Shown here piece after piece: positions 53,549-62,375 of a DNA stretch of 64,000 nt (within the stretch, counting starts at the first letter, position 1; each line of letters opens with the position of its first letter). This DNA is from a virus. The notes below the pieces were generated by a model. It was not told the DNA's origin and made no database searches. It was given only the letters and a program-made list of their open reading frames with translations. Both the position numbers and the translations under genes were made by a program. The stretch lies in the IMG/VR virus record IMGVR_UViG_3300018053_000002, positions 1 through 64,000 of that record; one strand, given 5' to 3'.

Positions 53549-54085
53549 ATGACACAGAATCCGCACCAAACACCGCCGGTTATCCCCGGCACTCATACTG
53601 CACCGTCGTCGGTGGCGCCCGTAACACCCAAGCGCCGCGTTCACCCGCTATCGATCATTCTTACCGCCATTGGCGTGGCAACGTTTCTTGTCGGCATGAT
53701 CCTTGTTGCCGTGTCGGTCGCAGGTCCTTCCGTCACGGCAGCCAGCTCACCCAGCCCCAGCCCGGTAGTCGTCTACGTGACCCAGCCCGGCGTTGCCCCG
53801 GTTGCCTCAGTGGCCGTGCCGGTCACCACAACCAAACCCCCACCACCCCCGGCGCCGACTATTGACGATGGCACATGGACGGTTGGCGTGGATCTGCCGG
53901 CCGGCAAGTACCGGGTTACAGCCAACGTGGGTTCAGGCTGCTATTGGAAGATCACCAAATCGGGGACGAATGGCGAGGATATTATCGCCAACGACATTCC
54001 CGGCGGCGGCCGTCCGACGGTCACCGTGAAGGCTGGCCAGGACTTCAGCACGACGGAGTGTGGCACCTGGACAAAGATTGGCTGA
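53549..54085 (+). CDS. Membrane-anchored protein with Pro linker and extracellular DG.W.VG.D..G.Y...C.W...CGTW domain
   Basis: TM helix, Pro-rich linker, two-Cys beta domain. Confidence 0.75.
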   Translation: MTQNPHQTPPVIPGTHTAPSSVAPVTPKRRVHPLSIILTAIGVATFLVGMILVAVSVAGPSVTAASSPSPSPVVVYVTQPGVAPVASVAVPVTTTKPPPPPAPTIDDGTWTVGVDLPAGKYRVTANVGSGCYWKITKSGTNGEDIIANDIPGGGRPTVTVKAGQDFSTTECGTWTKIG

Positions 54086-54563
54086 GCAAGGGGGGCGGCC
54101 GTCACGCCCACGCTGGGCGATACCGTTCATCGCCGGCTTGGCCGTCCTATTCCTTGTCGCGGCCGGAGCCACGTGGGCACTAACCCGGGCAGTCCCGGCC
54201 GCACCTACTCCGACGCAGTCCGCGACCGGGGCTGCGACAACCATCATCAACGGTGACCTCACCCTCACCAGCGCCCGCGGTGTGAGGAACACGGTGGGCA
54301 GCATCTGCACCGGTACGGGCGGCTACGACGACATCCAGGCGGGCGCCTCAGTCACCGTTACCGACGCCAACGGGACCACGATCGCGCTCGGGTCACTCTT
54401 GCTCGGCGAGACGTCCGAGTTGATATTCAGGTGCGTCTTTCCGATCCGGGTCCTCGACGTGCCGATGGGCAAGGGCTTCTACGGGATCGAGGTGGCCCAC
54501 CGGGGGAAAGTGCAGATCGCTGAGGCGGACCTTGCGGCGGGAGTGCACCTGACTCTGGGCTAG
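54078..54563 (+). CDS. Membrane-anchored protein (C.G.GGY.DI..GA.VTV.D..G)
   Basis: TM helix plus two-Cys extracellular domain. Confidence 0.72.
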   Translation: MAEQGGRPSRPRWAIPFIAGLAVLFLVAAGATWALTRAVPAAPTPTQSATGAATTIINGDLTLTSARGVRNTVGSICTGTGGYDDIQAGASVTVTDANGTTIALGSLLLGETSELIFRCVFPIRVLDVPMGKGFYGIEVAHRGKVQIAEADLAAGVHLTLG

Positions 54564-54591
54564 AACTCCCTGAAGCGCGCTCCCCGTCAAG

Positions 54592-54633
54592 GAAGGGCCC
54601 CGGTCTCCACGTCATTGGAGATCGGGGCTCTTC
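54592..54633. terminator. Bidirectional stem-loop terminator
   Basis: GAAGGGCCCCGGTCTCCA/TGGAGATCGGGGCTCTTC between convergent genes. Confidence 0.75.
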
Positions 54634-54643
54634 TCGTTTGTCC

Positions 54644-55075
54644 TCAGCCGTTCGTTGCCTTACGTGGTCGGCCACCCTTCTTGGCCGTCTCCGGGAGATT
54701 CTGACCACCCGCCTCCTCGTACGCCTCGGTGACCCGGGCTGGCAGTCGACCACGTGACCGCGGCATGGGGAGCTGGGGCTCCGTGCGGTTCCAGTTCGTC
54801 GTCCACCAGCGCCTCTGCGTGTCACGTTGGCCCTTATCGACCTGCGCTGTTGCCGTACTGGCCGGTGTCCGGACGGCGGGACCAGCCCGGAACGATCGTT
54901 CGGCCTTGTCGAGGAATGGCTGGATCGCCTGGACGTACGCGGTGTAGGAGTCGGGCCCAAGATCAAGACGGTAGAACCACCCCTCGTGAAGGATGGACGT
55001 CGTGCGGACCAGGCCCTCTGGGACGCTCTCCCCAGTCATGTCGTCCGTGTAGACCTCGACGATCTTCTTTGCCAT
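54644..55075 (-). CDS. lsr2: Lsr2-like nucleoid-associated protein
   Basis: MAKK.V....DD..G...Y.LDL dimerisation domain; R.W...N...RGR.P..V..AY AT-hook-like domain. Confidence 0.85.
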   Translation of the reverse strand: MAKKIVEVYTDDMTGESVPEGLVRTTSILHEGWFYRLDLGPDSYTAYVQAIQPFLDKAERSFRAGPAVRTPASTATAQVDKGQRDTQRRWWTTNWNRTEPQLPMPRSRGRLPARVTEAYEEAGGQNLPETAKKGGRPRKATNG

Positions 55076-55093
55076 AGATTGACCTCGTTTCGC

Positions 55094-55702
55094 TCAGCTT
55101 GAGGCGGCAGCCTCCTTGTTCTTCTTACGGATGGTAGTGAGCCAGTTCTGAGCGGTTTTCGGGGGGACCTTGAAGTGGTCCGCCAGCCCTACCGTCGACC
55201 CGGCCTGCTCGTGAACGGCCATCACCTCGTCTGCCGGGGGCATCTTGTGGTAGGTGCGCCGGGGCGTCGCCTCGGGGTCGGCCTTGACGCGCTTACGGGG
55301 CTTGCCTGCCTCGGCTTCCTGCTCATCGGCCTTCGCGATCCACTCACGGATCGACTGGAGAGTGGTGCCGAACTCGGCCGCTACGGCGCTGCGGAGCTTG
55401 CCGGACCTGACCTCGGCCACGGCCCTGGCCTTGTCCTCGGGGAGGAAACGTCTCTGCGACGGGGTCTTGGTCGGAACCTCGAACGACTGGGCCGGGATCG
55501 CGTCCAGGCGGTCGGCTGTGTTGGCCAGAGTGGAGGCCAGGGCGATGTACTCTGCCACGGACCCGCTGACTCCCCCGCCGTTCTCAGTGCTGACCGACAG
55601 TGCCTTCACGATCGGGGTTGAACCGGACACATCCACTGTTGCGGTCACCCGTGGGCCTCTACTCACGTCCATGCTGACGGTGACCAATGACTCTGCTGTC
55701 AT
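55094..55702 (-). CDS. Double-HTH DNA-binding protein
   Basis: RRF.PE.K..AV...VA.EFG.....I..W and LADHF.VP..TA..W. Confidence 0.7.
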   Translation of the reverse strand: MTAESLVTVSMDVSRGPRVTATVDVSGSTPIVKALSVSTENGGGVSGSVAEYIALASTLANTADRLDAIPAQSFEVPTKTPSQRRFLPEDKARAVAEVRSGKLRSAVAAEFGTTLQSIREWIAKADEQEAEAGKPRKRVKADPEATPRRTYHKMPPADEVMAVHEQAGSTVGLADHFKVPPKTAQNWLTTIRKKNKEAAASS

Positions 55703-55793
55703 TGCCTCAGTTCTCCTTTGTGGGGGCAATGGGGGGGGGTGGTGGCATGAGCCCACCAATTAACAGACGACTGTACGCGACGAATTGCGTCCG

Positions 55794-56024
55794 TCAACAC
55801 GCATAGAGCTTTCGCGTGTCGATCTCACCGGTTCGGACGTCGGACCGCCCGCGGCGCCACTCGCCGGTCAGGTAGTCGCGGAGGATGTCGTCATCGACGT
55901 CGAACTGAGAGAGGAAGGACCACCAGGCGGCCATGGTGATGGCGGCGGCACGTAGTGATCGAACGCTCTGGTACTCGACGAGGGCGCCATATCGGTACGC
56001 CTGGAGTCGGGCCCATCTCACCAT
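55794..56024 (-). CDS. Hypothetical protein
   Basis: TAATG coupling. Confidence 0.55.
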   Translation of the reverse strand: MVRWARLQAYRYGALVEYQSVRSLRAAAITMAAWWSFLSQFDVDDDILRDYLTGEWRRGRSDVRTGEIDTRKLYAC

Positions 56025-56422
56025 TATGGATCTCCACGGTTGAGGACGATGATGCCGGCCTCAGTCGCGAGCTTCATACAGCCGCGGGTTCCGCGCGACT
56101 CCCCGAGTGGGTAGGCGAGCACGAGATCGGCGCCAAGCTCCACCATATGTCGGTTACGGAGGGGACCACACGCCGGCCAGGGTCCGAATAACGCAGCTGG
56201 ATAGCGCTCGACCTTCACGTTGAGACCGGCCTTGATCGCAAGAGCGCACCAGCCATCGGCCCACCTGTCAGCGCCTCGTAGTCGTCCCCGGCGGTCACAA
56301 CAGGCTCCGTGAACGACGGTCAGGTCGTGATGGGATGCTTCGTACTGCCAGTTCAGGTCCAGCCAGATGAGGAAGGGCTCGGCCCAGTAGCGGGACCCGG
56401 TGACGATGGTGCGGGCCATCAA
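56024..56422 (-). CDS. SLOG-superfamily protein (YspA/DUF2493-like)
   Basis: VTGSR.W, VHGA, GAD, GP.RN..M, SRGT..C...A. Confidence 0.85.
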   Translation of the reverse strand: MMARTIVTGSRYWAEPFLIWLDLNWQYEASHHDLTVVHGACCDRRGRLRGADRWADGWCALAIKAGLNVKVERYPAALFGPWPACGPLRNRHMVELGADLVLAYPLGESRGTRGCMKLATEAGIIVLNRGDP

Positions 56423-56616
56423 TCCCTCAGGACAATATAGACGTAGGCCCCGAGCTGCTGTGGGTACCAGTGCACGCCATGCACACGGTAGGTCCGTTCG
56501 TTTTCGCCGAGCGAGACAGTGTCGCCGACGCGAGGAGCGGCCTCCATGGTGAGGTCTAGACTGAAGCCTTCACCTGCCGGGCCGACGCCGCGTGGTGCAT
56601 GAAATCGGATCTTCAT
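56419..56616 (-). CDS. Hypothetical protein (PRVGD.V)
   Basis: Coupled at both ends. Confidence 0.65.
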   Translation of the reverse strand: MKIRFHAPRGVGPAGEGFSLDLTMEAAPRVGDTVSLGENERTYRVHGVHWYPQQLGAYVYIVLRD

Positions 56617-57107
56617 AGGTCCTCAGCGTTGGCGATGGCGAGGAACGCCGGCTCGTCGAATCTCAGCATGAGTAGCTGGGCGATCATCGCATCCTCGGTG
56701 GGTAGGCGCTGGTTGGCACCCTGCCACATGTCCGGATGGGCGCACAGACGTTGCCGGCGGCCGTTCAGTCGCTCGATGTTCTGGGAGACGCCGTGCCGGA
56801 TCAGGTAGTGACCACCAGCCGACCCGATGACCCGGAACGACCTATCTCTGTTGTAGCGGCCCCGTTCGGTTGGACTGAGCAGGGATCGGAGGGTGGCCTG
56901 AGCCCGCTCTTCAGCCGCATTCTCGCGCGCACGCTGCTCTTCACGTTCCCGGTCCCGCTCAGCTCGTTGTACCTCGCGCTCTCGGGCTAGCTCAGCTCGT
57001 CGTTCCAAGGTGACGGTGTAGCTCGTGGTCAGTGGGGCGTAGTACATGGTGCCCAACGTGATCCAGGTCCCCGTCGTGCTCGCGGTCGTGGTCAGGTAGA
57101 CGGGCAC
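56613..57107 (-). CDS. Hypothetical protein with LCAHP and P..D...AQ.L.L..DE..FL..AN motifs
   Basis: Motif-rich C-terminal domain; start uncertain. Confidence 0.7.
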   Translation of the reverse strand: MPVYLTTTASTTGTWITLGTMYYAPLTTSYTVTLERRAELAREREVQRAERDREREEQRARENAAEERAQATLRSLLSPTERGRYNRDRSFRVIGSAGGHYLIRHGVSQNIERLNGRRQRLCAHPDMWQGANQRLPTEDAMIAQLLMLRFDEPAFLAIANAEDL

Positions 57108-57108
57108 C

Positions 57109-57234
57109 TCAGGGACGCCAGCCTGACAACCAAGCAGTGATCAATACGCCGCCGAGACCCATGCAAAAGCTGAAGATGAAGACGGGGCGCCAGTAGGTCC
57201 ACCAGGTCTGGCGTACGTGTGACCGTATGGGCAC
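57109..57234 (-). CDS. 41-aa membrane peptide
   Basis: GTG right after upstream stop; single TM. Confidence 0.5.
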   Translation of the reverse strand: MPIRSHVRQTWWTYWRPVFIFSFCMGLGGVLITAWLSGWRP

Positions 57235-57235
57235 C

Positions 57236-57463
57236 TCAGCCACCAGCCAACGGCGGGGTCAGCATGATGCGCTCGTGCTCGGGGTTGAACTCACGGATCA
57301 CCTCGCCACGGTTGCCGTCACGATCCAGGCGGTAGGCCAGGTAGCCCTTCTTCCTCATGGCGGTGAAGTGGGCTCGGGCGGGCTCGACCTCATCCGGGAG
57401 GGAGGCGTCCCAGTTCATCGTGGTGTCGCCGGACGGGTCGAGGGTGCTCATCTGGTGCGTCAT
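57236..57463 (-). CDS. 75-aa protein ending PPLAGG (candidate ubiquitin-like/sulfur-carrier-like)
   Basis: C-terminus RIMLTPPLAGG resembles MoaD/CysO-type ends. Confidence 0.7.
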   Translation of the reverse strand: MTHQMSTLDPSGDTTMNWDASLPDEVEPARAHFTAMRKKGYLAYRLDRDGNRGEVIREFNPEHERIMLTPPLAGG

Positions 57464-57490
57464 TGGAATGGCTCCATTTCAGCGGTGGAA

Positions 57491-57858
57491 GGGAGGACGC
57501 GAGCGGTGTATGCCCCTAAGATCTCGCGTCCTCCCGGCATGAGCTAACGGGAGGCTCGATGGTCCTACCCACTACCCACGCCTTGTGGCCGACGTTACGT
57601 TCAGCCTTTCGGGTCGTCAAGGCATCCGAGACAGTTGATCTGCGCCGGGTTCCTTGACTCGCTCTCTATCCGGCCTTAGCGTGACCATGCCCCGCACACC
57701 GGGGGGACTTTGGGGCTGGCTTGCGGGCGCGACGTCGGGCCAGCCCCAAAGTGTTGGGACATCCCACTAAAGGGTCGTACGGCTAGGGGTTCCAGGCCAG
57801 AGCTGCGACCCGCTCAGGGGCCGACCCCCGCCTCCACACACCAGGGTCGGCCCCTGAG
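57491..57858. other. Hairpin-dense non-coding region
   Basis: Stems at 57491-57503/57523-57535, 57616-57622/57652-57658, 57708-57720/57739-57751, 57813-57827/57844-57858. Confidence 0.6.
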
Positions 57859-58168
57859 TCTTGTCCCCGACAGTAGGGCTCCGGTGAGTACGACTGTTCG
57901 CAGCCAGCGTAAAGACCGGTAGTGCGATGGCTGTGGCACCGATAAGCGGGCCCCACGTGACCGAATAGCCTAGTGCTGCGAACAGCCCACACCGCTAACG
58001 TCGCCGGCCATGAGCGTGGCCCTTCTGCCCTGCAATGCACACAGCCCGACGGGGTCACGTTCGTGCTGGGAGGTGGACACTCCCACGGTATGCACGACCC
58101 CCGGGCCCACGAGCTGGCCAGGTGAAGGGTCCGGGGGAACGTGCTCGGAGGCGGTCGGAGGTAAGTTG

Positions 58169-58270
58169 ATGGGCTGGTCACTGCGTGTCTGGCTGACCGT
58201 GGGGGTCGTCACGGTTATCGTCGGCATGACTCTGATCGTGATCGGGGTGACGAGGGCGGCGATGCAATGA
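58169..58270 (+). CDS. 33-aa membrane peptide
   Basis: GGAGGT RBS; single TM; ATGA coupling. Confidence 0.55.
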   Translation: MGWSLRVWLTVGVVTVIVGMTLIVIGVTRAAMQ

Positions 58271-58590
58271 ATCTGCTGTACTTCGGGCGCCGTTGGGATG
58301 CGCCGATGCTCGACGACGCGCTGCGGGTCCCCGTCCCGGTCGGCGAGCGTTGCCTCTCCTGCGAAGAGGTCGTCACGGCCAAGGACCGCGGGTTTGTCCG
58401 GTCGACCCTCAAGGCCAACGGCACGGGGCTACTGCAACCGCAGCACTTGGAGTGTGATCTCCGACTGGTGCTCGGGCATGTCTACGGGGTGTGCGGGTGC
58501 ACCGGGTACGGGACCACTCGGGTCGAGGCCCAGCTCGTGCTTATGCTCCTCAATCGGGACCGGTGCGAACAGGGGCGAGATCCTCTGTAA
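58267..58590 (+). CDS. Zn-binding hypothetical protein (CLSC...H.EC...GH...CGC)
   Basis: Cys/His pattern. Confidence 0.7.
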   Translation: MNLLYFGRRWDAPMLDDALRVPVPVGERCLSCEEVVTAKDRGFVRSTLKANGTGLLQPQHLECDLRLVLGHVYGVCGCTGYGTTRVEAQLVLMLLNRDRCEQGRDPL

Positions 58591-58675
58591 GCTCATTGAC
58601 GAACTATGACTGAAGGGTAAGACTGGCCGGGGAAGGGTCCAGATGGTTATCCAGTGCATAGGCAAGTCAGATGCC

Positions 58676-58918
58676 ATGGAGCTGATCCGCTCGTTGCGGG
58701 AGTGGGTCGACAAGGCCGACGCTGGGAGCGCCCAGCAAATGATTGATCTCAGGTGGCAATTGTCCCAAATCCACAACTGGCTGTCGGTGCTGCCGGAGCA
58801 CGTGACGTGTGAGCCGCCAGCGTTCTCCTTGCTCGCCAGTCCGGTGGAATACCTGCCCCGTCGGCGACCGCAGCCCACCACGTATGGCGGTCAGAACAAT
58901 GGCCGGGAGGCGACCTGA
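58676..58918 (+). CDS. Hypothetical protein
   Basis: ORF fills the gap; start uncertain. Confidence 0.4.
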   Translation: MELIRSLREWVDKADAGSAQQMIDLRWQLSQIHNWLSVLPEHVTCEPPAFSLLASPVEYLPRRRPQPTTYGGQNNGREAT

Positions 58919-59011
58919 TGTCTGTCGGCGCCAGGTTGTTTATGATGATCGTTGGTGGGCTCATGCTTGTCTGGGTCTGTGTCTGGGTCCTGCGTAACGG
59001 GAGATGATCTG

Positions 59012-59323
59012 ATGACCATTAGAGATGACCTAGCCGAATACCGGGCCGTCGCCGGCCGTACCCTGCATGAGCGGATCACGTTGGCGATCCATGGCACTGA
59101 CTGCTCCGACGGGGATCAATGCCAGGTGGAGGTCTCACCGAACGGTCGATATGGCCGATATGCCGGCGCGGCGCTCGGGGTGGTCCGGGGCGATGCCACC
59201 GACGCGCTCAAGCACCACCTGTTCGCGGCCTACCTTACCTACGTTCGAGGGGATCGCACACTGGCTCGGGAGCTGACCGAGCTGACGTTGACGACCATGG
59301 GCAACTGGTTCGAGGAGTCATGA
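59012..59323 (+). CDS. Hypothetical protein
   Basis: GGGAG RBS; coupled downstream. Confidence 0.6.
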   Translation: MTIRDDLAEYRAVAGRTLHERITLAIHGTDCSDGDQCQVEVSPNGRYGRYAGAALGVVRGDATDALKHHLFAAYLTYVRGDRTLARELTELTLTTMGNWFEES

Positions 59324-59448
59324 GCGGGACCAACCTCGTGGGCCGCATCCATGTCCGTGTACGTGGGTTCTCCACGCAGAGGGAGAAGGGTGCTCGCTGG
59401 CACGCCCGTCGAAAAGCGAAGATCAAACGAAGGCGGCGGCGGTCATGA
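59320..59448 (+). CDS. Small Arg-rich protein
   Basis: ATGA coupling at both ends. Confidence 0.55.
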   Translation: MSGTNLVGRIHVRVRGFSTQREKGARWHARRKAKIKRRRRRS

Positions 59449-59885
59449 CCAACCCGGCGATGTACGAGGTGGCGAAGCGGGTCGTCGAGGCATGGCTTGA
59501 TCGGCAGGAGGAGATCGAAGACCTCGTCGATGCCCTCTGGCCTGTCGCCATAGCTGAGGGGCGTCGGCAAGCTGCGGAGGCGATCCGGACCGCGGGGCGT
59601 GAGGTGTATGAGGCCACCGGGCTGGAGACGTTCATGTGGCCGGAAGAGGCTGCCCTGATCGCTGAGGGGAGTCATGATGCCCCGGTGGTTGTGCAAGGGG
59701 TCAAGAACGAGCGCAGTTGGAATCGTTTGGCATTCGTCGTGTGGGACATCCCGCATGAATGCTTCAGAGCGGTTTGTTACATCTGCGACTGGCGTGGGAG
59801 CGATGCCGAGACCCACGCGGCGGCTGAACCCGAGCTGGCCGTACACGTGGCTACCACCGACCACCTGGAGCGGATGTCGCCATGA
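59445..59885 (+). CDS. Hypothetical protein with C-terminal CxxC...H...H
   Basis: ATGA coupling. Confidence 0.65.
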   Translation: MTNPAMYEVAKRVVEAWLDRQEEIEDLVDALWPVAIAEGRRQAAEAIRTAGREVYEATGLETFMWPEEAALIAEGSHDAPVVVQGVKNERSWNRLAFVVWDIPHECFRAVCYICDWRGSDAETHAAAEPELAVHVATTDHLERMSP

Positions 59886-60055
59886 ACTGGCAAGTCGTCA
59901 TCCCGATCGTGTTGGCCCTTGTCAGTGTTGGGCTCGGCTGGAGTATTCGGGCGTATATCGAGCTGGGCAATGACCTTCGTGAGCTTGAGGTCCACGTCAA
60001 TCGGCTGGAGAAGATGCTCCGTGAGAGTCCCCTGATTGAGTCCAAGGAGGAGTAG
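59882..60055 (+). CDS. Small membrane protein with coiled coil
   Basis: ATGA coupling; TM helix. Confidence 0.6.
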   Translation: MNWQVVIPIVLALVSVGLGWSIRAYIELGNDLRELEVHVNRLEKMLRESPLIESKEE

Positions 60056-60381
60056 TGACCTCGACCTTTGCCGGTGCATCGGCCAAGGAGATCCGGGCGG
60101 CCATCGACGACATTGCTCGGGCAATCAAGGCGATCCGGGGCCTGGACGAGATGCCGTCACGTGAGGTCGCGATGCGCCATATGATCCAGTTCCTCGACGG
60201 TCTCATGGACCAGCTCGTCGCAGCCGGCGTCTGTCCCGAGCGACCGGAGCTGCGTGGTGATCAGCAACTCGGGCTGTACCCCTGCCCGTTCTGTAGCTGC
60301 ATGGTCCTGGCGGGGGAGCCTCATAGCCCTCACGATCAAGGGTGCGCGCTGGGCCTGGACGGGTTCGGGATATGGCGGTAA
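60055..60381 (+). CDS. Hypothetical protein with CPFC...H...C
   Basis: AAGGAGGAG RBS. Confidence 0.65.
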   Translation: MTSTFAGASAKEIRAAIDDIARAIKAIRGLDEMPSREVAMRHMIQFLDGLMDQLVAAGVCPERPELRGDQQLGLYPCPFCSCMVLAGEPHSPHDQGCALGLDGFGIWR

Positions 60382-60682
60382 GACTGAGCCTGATCCTCAT
60401 CCTCGCCACGCTCCTCTTCCTGGTGATCTGGCGATGGTTCGAGTGGTTGGCCCGCAAGGATAAGGACCCACGATGACGATGGGGTTCTCATGAGGGTGTA
60501 TGAGATCTTGTTAGCCTTGTTCCTGAGGTGAAATGAGAGGTGACGATCTATGCTTACTGACCCTAAAGCTGTCGAAATTATCAGCAAAGCACGCCAGGTG
60601 GGCGTCGCCCAGCCCGCTCGTGTACTGATGCGTTGCAAGCCGAGCGCCACTGACACGCGCTTCCGGTGGAGGCGAGCCTGAC

Positions 60683-61072
60683 GTGACGTACCGGCTAATT
60701 GGTGAACAAGGGGTGACCATGCTGCCTGATCCTGAGGGTGAGTTCGCCTGGATCGATGAGTTGGCCAGTGGTCCCGAGGCCGTGGCCATCCGGACGCAGG
60801 TTGATGTCTTGCGCCGGTCTATGCGCTCGATGATGGATGAGATTGCTCGGCTACGTAATGAGCGGGACTATGCGCGGGAGCAGTATCAGGAGGCTGCCAA
60901 CGCGGCCGGAGACTATGCGGTGAAGCTCAAGGCTGCGGAAGAGGTCATCGCGCGGGCGCGGGAGATCCATGGACCGGTGATCGTGTTAGGTGGTGGCGTC
61001 GTCCCTTGCCGCGCCGGTTGTGGTGGGTGGCCTTGTAAAACCATCCGTGCTCTCGACGGGGAGCTGGCATGA
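60683..61072 (+). CDS. Coiled-coil protein with C-terminal H...C..C..WPC.T..AL motif
   Basis: Common actinophage C-terminal motif. Confidence 0.7.
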   Translation: MTYRLIGEQGVTMLPDPEGEFAWIDELASGPEAVAIRTQVDVLRRSMRSMMDEIARLRNERDYAREQYQEAANAAGDYAVKLKAAEEVIARAREIHGPVIVLGGGVVPCRAGCGGWPCKTIRALDGELA

Positions 61073-61266
61073 CTAACATGCGACCACCGGAACGGGACCC
61101 GACCCGGAAGGTGATGCACTCGTCCTTCGCCATCCTGGCCATGGTCCTTGCGGTGGTTGTGGTGCTCATCATTATCTGTTGCTGCTTGTACCTCTTCTAC
61201 TTCAGCGCGGAGTACAACAAGCAGCAGGGGGGCTCTATCACCGATGTGATCGAGGTGGGGACGTGA
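61069..61266 (+). CDS. Small membrane protein
   Basis: TM helix; coupled. Confidence 0.6.
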   Translation: MTNMRPPERDPTRKVMHSSFAILAMVLAVVVVLIIICCCLYLFYFSAEYNKQQGGSITDVIEVGT

Positions 61267-61487
61267 CCAATACCTACGACCGACGGCTTGATCGATTGGT
61301 TGGTCATGACTACCCCGGTGTTCATACTCGTGGGTTCGTTCAGTACGAGCTGGACGAGTTGGAGCTGGGTGCCCGTGCGGCCATGGCGATCGACGATCCG
61401 GAGCAGGCGTGGTGGGAGGTCGTGGGCTATCCCGGTCTACGTGAGCTGGAAGCGTTGGAGGCGGCTGATGGGCCGGCGGCGCGGTAA
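61263..61487 (+). CDS. Hypothetical protein
   Basis: GAGGTG RBS, GTGA coupling. Confidence 0.6.
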   Translation: MTNTYDRRLDRLVGHDYPGVHTRGFVQYELDELELGARAAMAIDDPEQAWWEVVGYPGLRELEALEAADGPAAR

Positions 61488-61714
61488 GCCTGGTCGAGGG
61501 CGTACCAAAGGAAGTTCGCGACATTGAGCGGGCAGTGATCCAGGCTGGTGGCACGGTGGAGCGCACGGGTAATGGTCACCTGAAGATCACGGGACCAGCC
61601 GGCGTCGCCATAGTTGCGTCGGAGCCAGGGTCTAATTCGATGCGCACGACACTGCGAACGATCAAGTTCTATGCTGGCCTGGATCTGGAGCTGTGAGGAT
61701 GAGAGAATGCGGGT

Positions 61715-61936
61715 GTGATGAAGACCTGCGGGGCACCCGTCATTTACCCACCCGACTTGGAGATCGTTCATCCGTGTTCACGCCCGGCTGGCCACGCACA
61801 TCCTCGTATCCACTGGTGCAATGCACAGATCGACGCTTGGGCGGCCAGCCTGCCCCGACTGGTGGACATGTCAGAGGAGAGGCGGGCCAGGCTTTCATTG
61901 CTGTTCGCGCCAGCTCGTCCGAAGAAACGTATGTGA
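61715..61936 (+). CDS. Small Cys/His protein
   Basis: C...C.R..GH...H pattern. Confidence 0.55.
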   Translation: MMKTCGAPVIYPPDLEIVHPCSRPAGHAHPRIHWCNAQIDAWAASLPRLVDMSEERRARLSLLFAPARPKKRM

Positions 61937-62076
61937 TCAATCTTACATCTAGTTTAGCTTCTATCTTCCCAGGTCAAGCCCTTGATCTCGTGTACCGATA
62001 CCCGAAGTTCGGCAAGACGAGGTTCGGAATTTAGTACATCGGTGGTACGTTACCCCTAGTGAAGGGGTGAGGCCCG

Positions 62077-62316
62077 ATGAGTACAGCCAAGGACTATGGC
62101 TACCAGGGTCACCAGGGAGTGGCCGAGGTCGAGGCGGAATCAGTCGCCTACATCGTCTCGGCTGCGCTCGGGCTTGACCGGAGCGACTATTCCACCGACT
62201 ATCTGGTGGGGTGGGCGAGCGGCGACATCGAGGTTGTCCGGAACACGGCGGCCAAGGTGACGACGGTAGCCCGAGAGATCCTCGACGCGCTCGGCGTCAA
62301 GGGCGAGGAAAACTGA
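62077..62316 (+). CDS. Stand-alone C-terminal fragment of an ArdC/ImmA-type zincin domain
   Basis: E.EAESVAY.V...LG.D...YS..YL.GW; no HExxH. Confidence 0.65.
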   Translation: MSTAKDYGYQGHQGVAEVEAESVAYIVSAALGLDRSDYSTDYLVGWASGDIEVVRNTAAKVTTVAREILDALGVKGEEN

Positions 62317-62375
62317 CATGGACGGGACCGTACTCAGTGATGGGTACGGTCCCGTTCGCAATGGAGGGTGAGGAC

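Noticed and set aside
55094-55702. IS3-like transposase
   Set aside because: Only an HTH resembles OrfA; there is no DDE domain or terminal inverted repeats.
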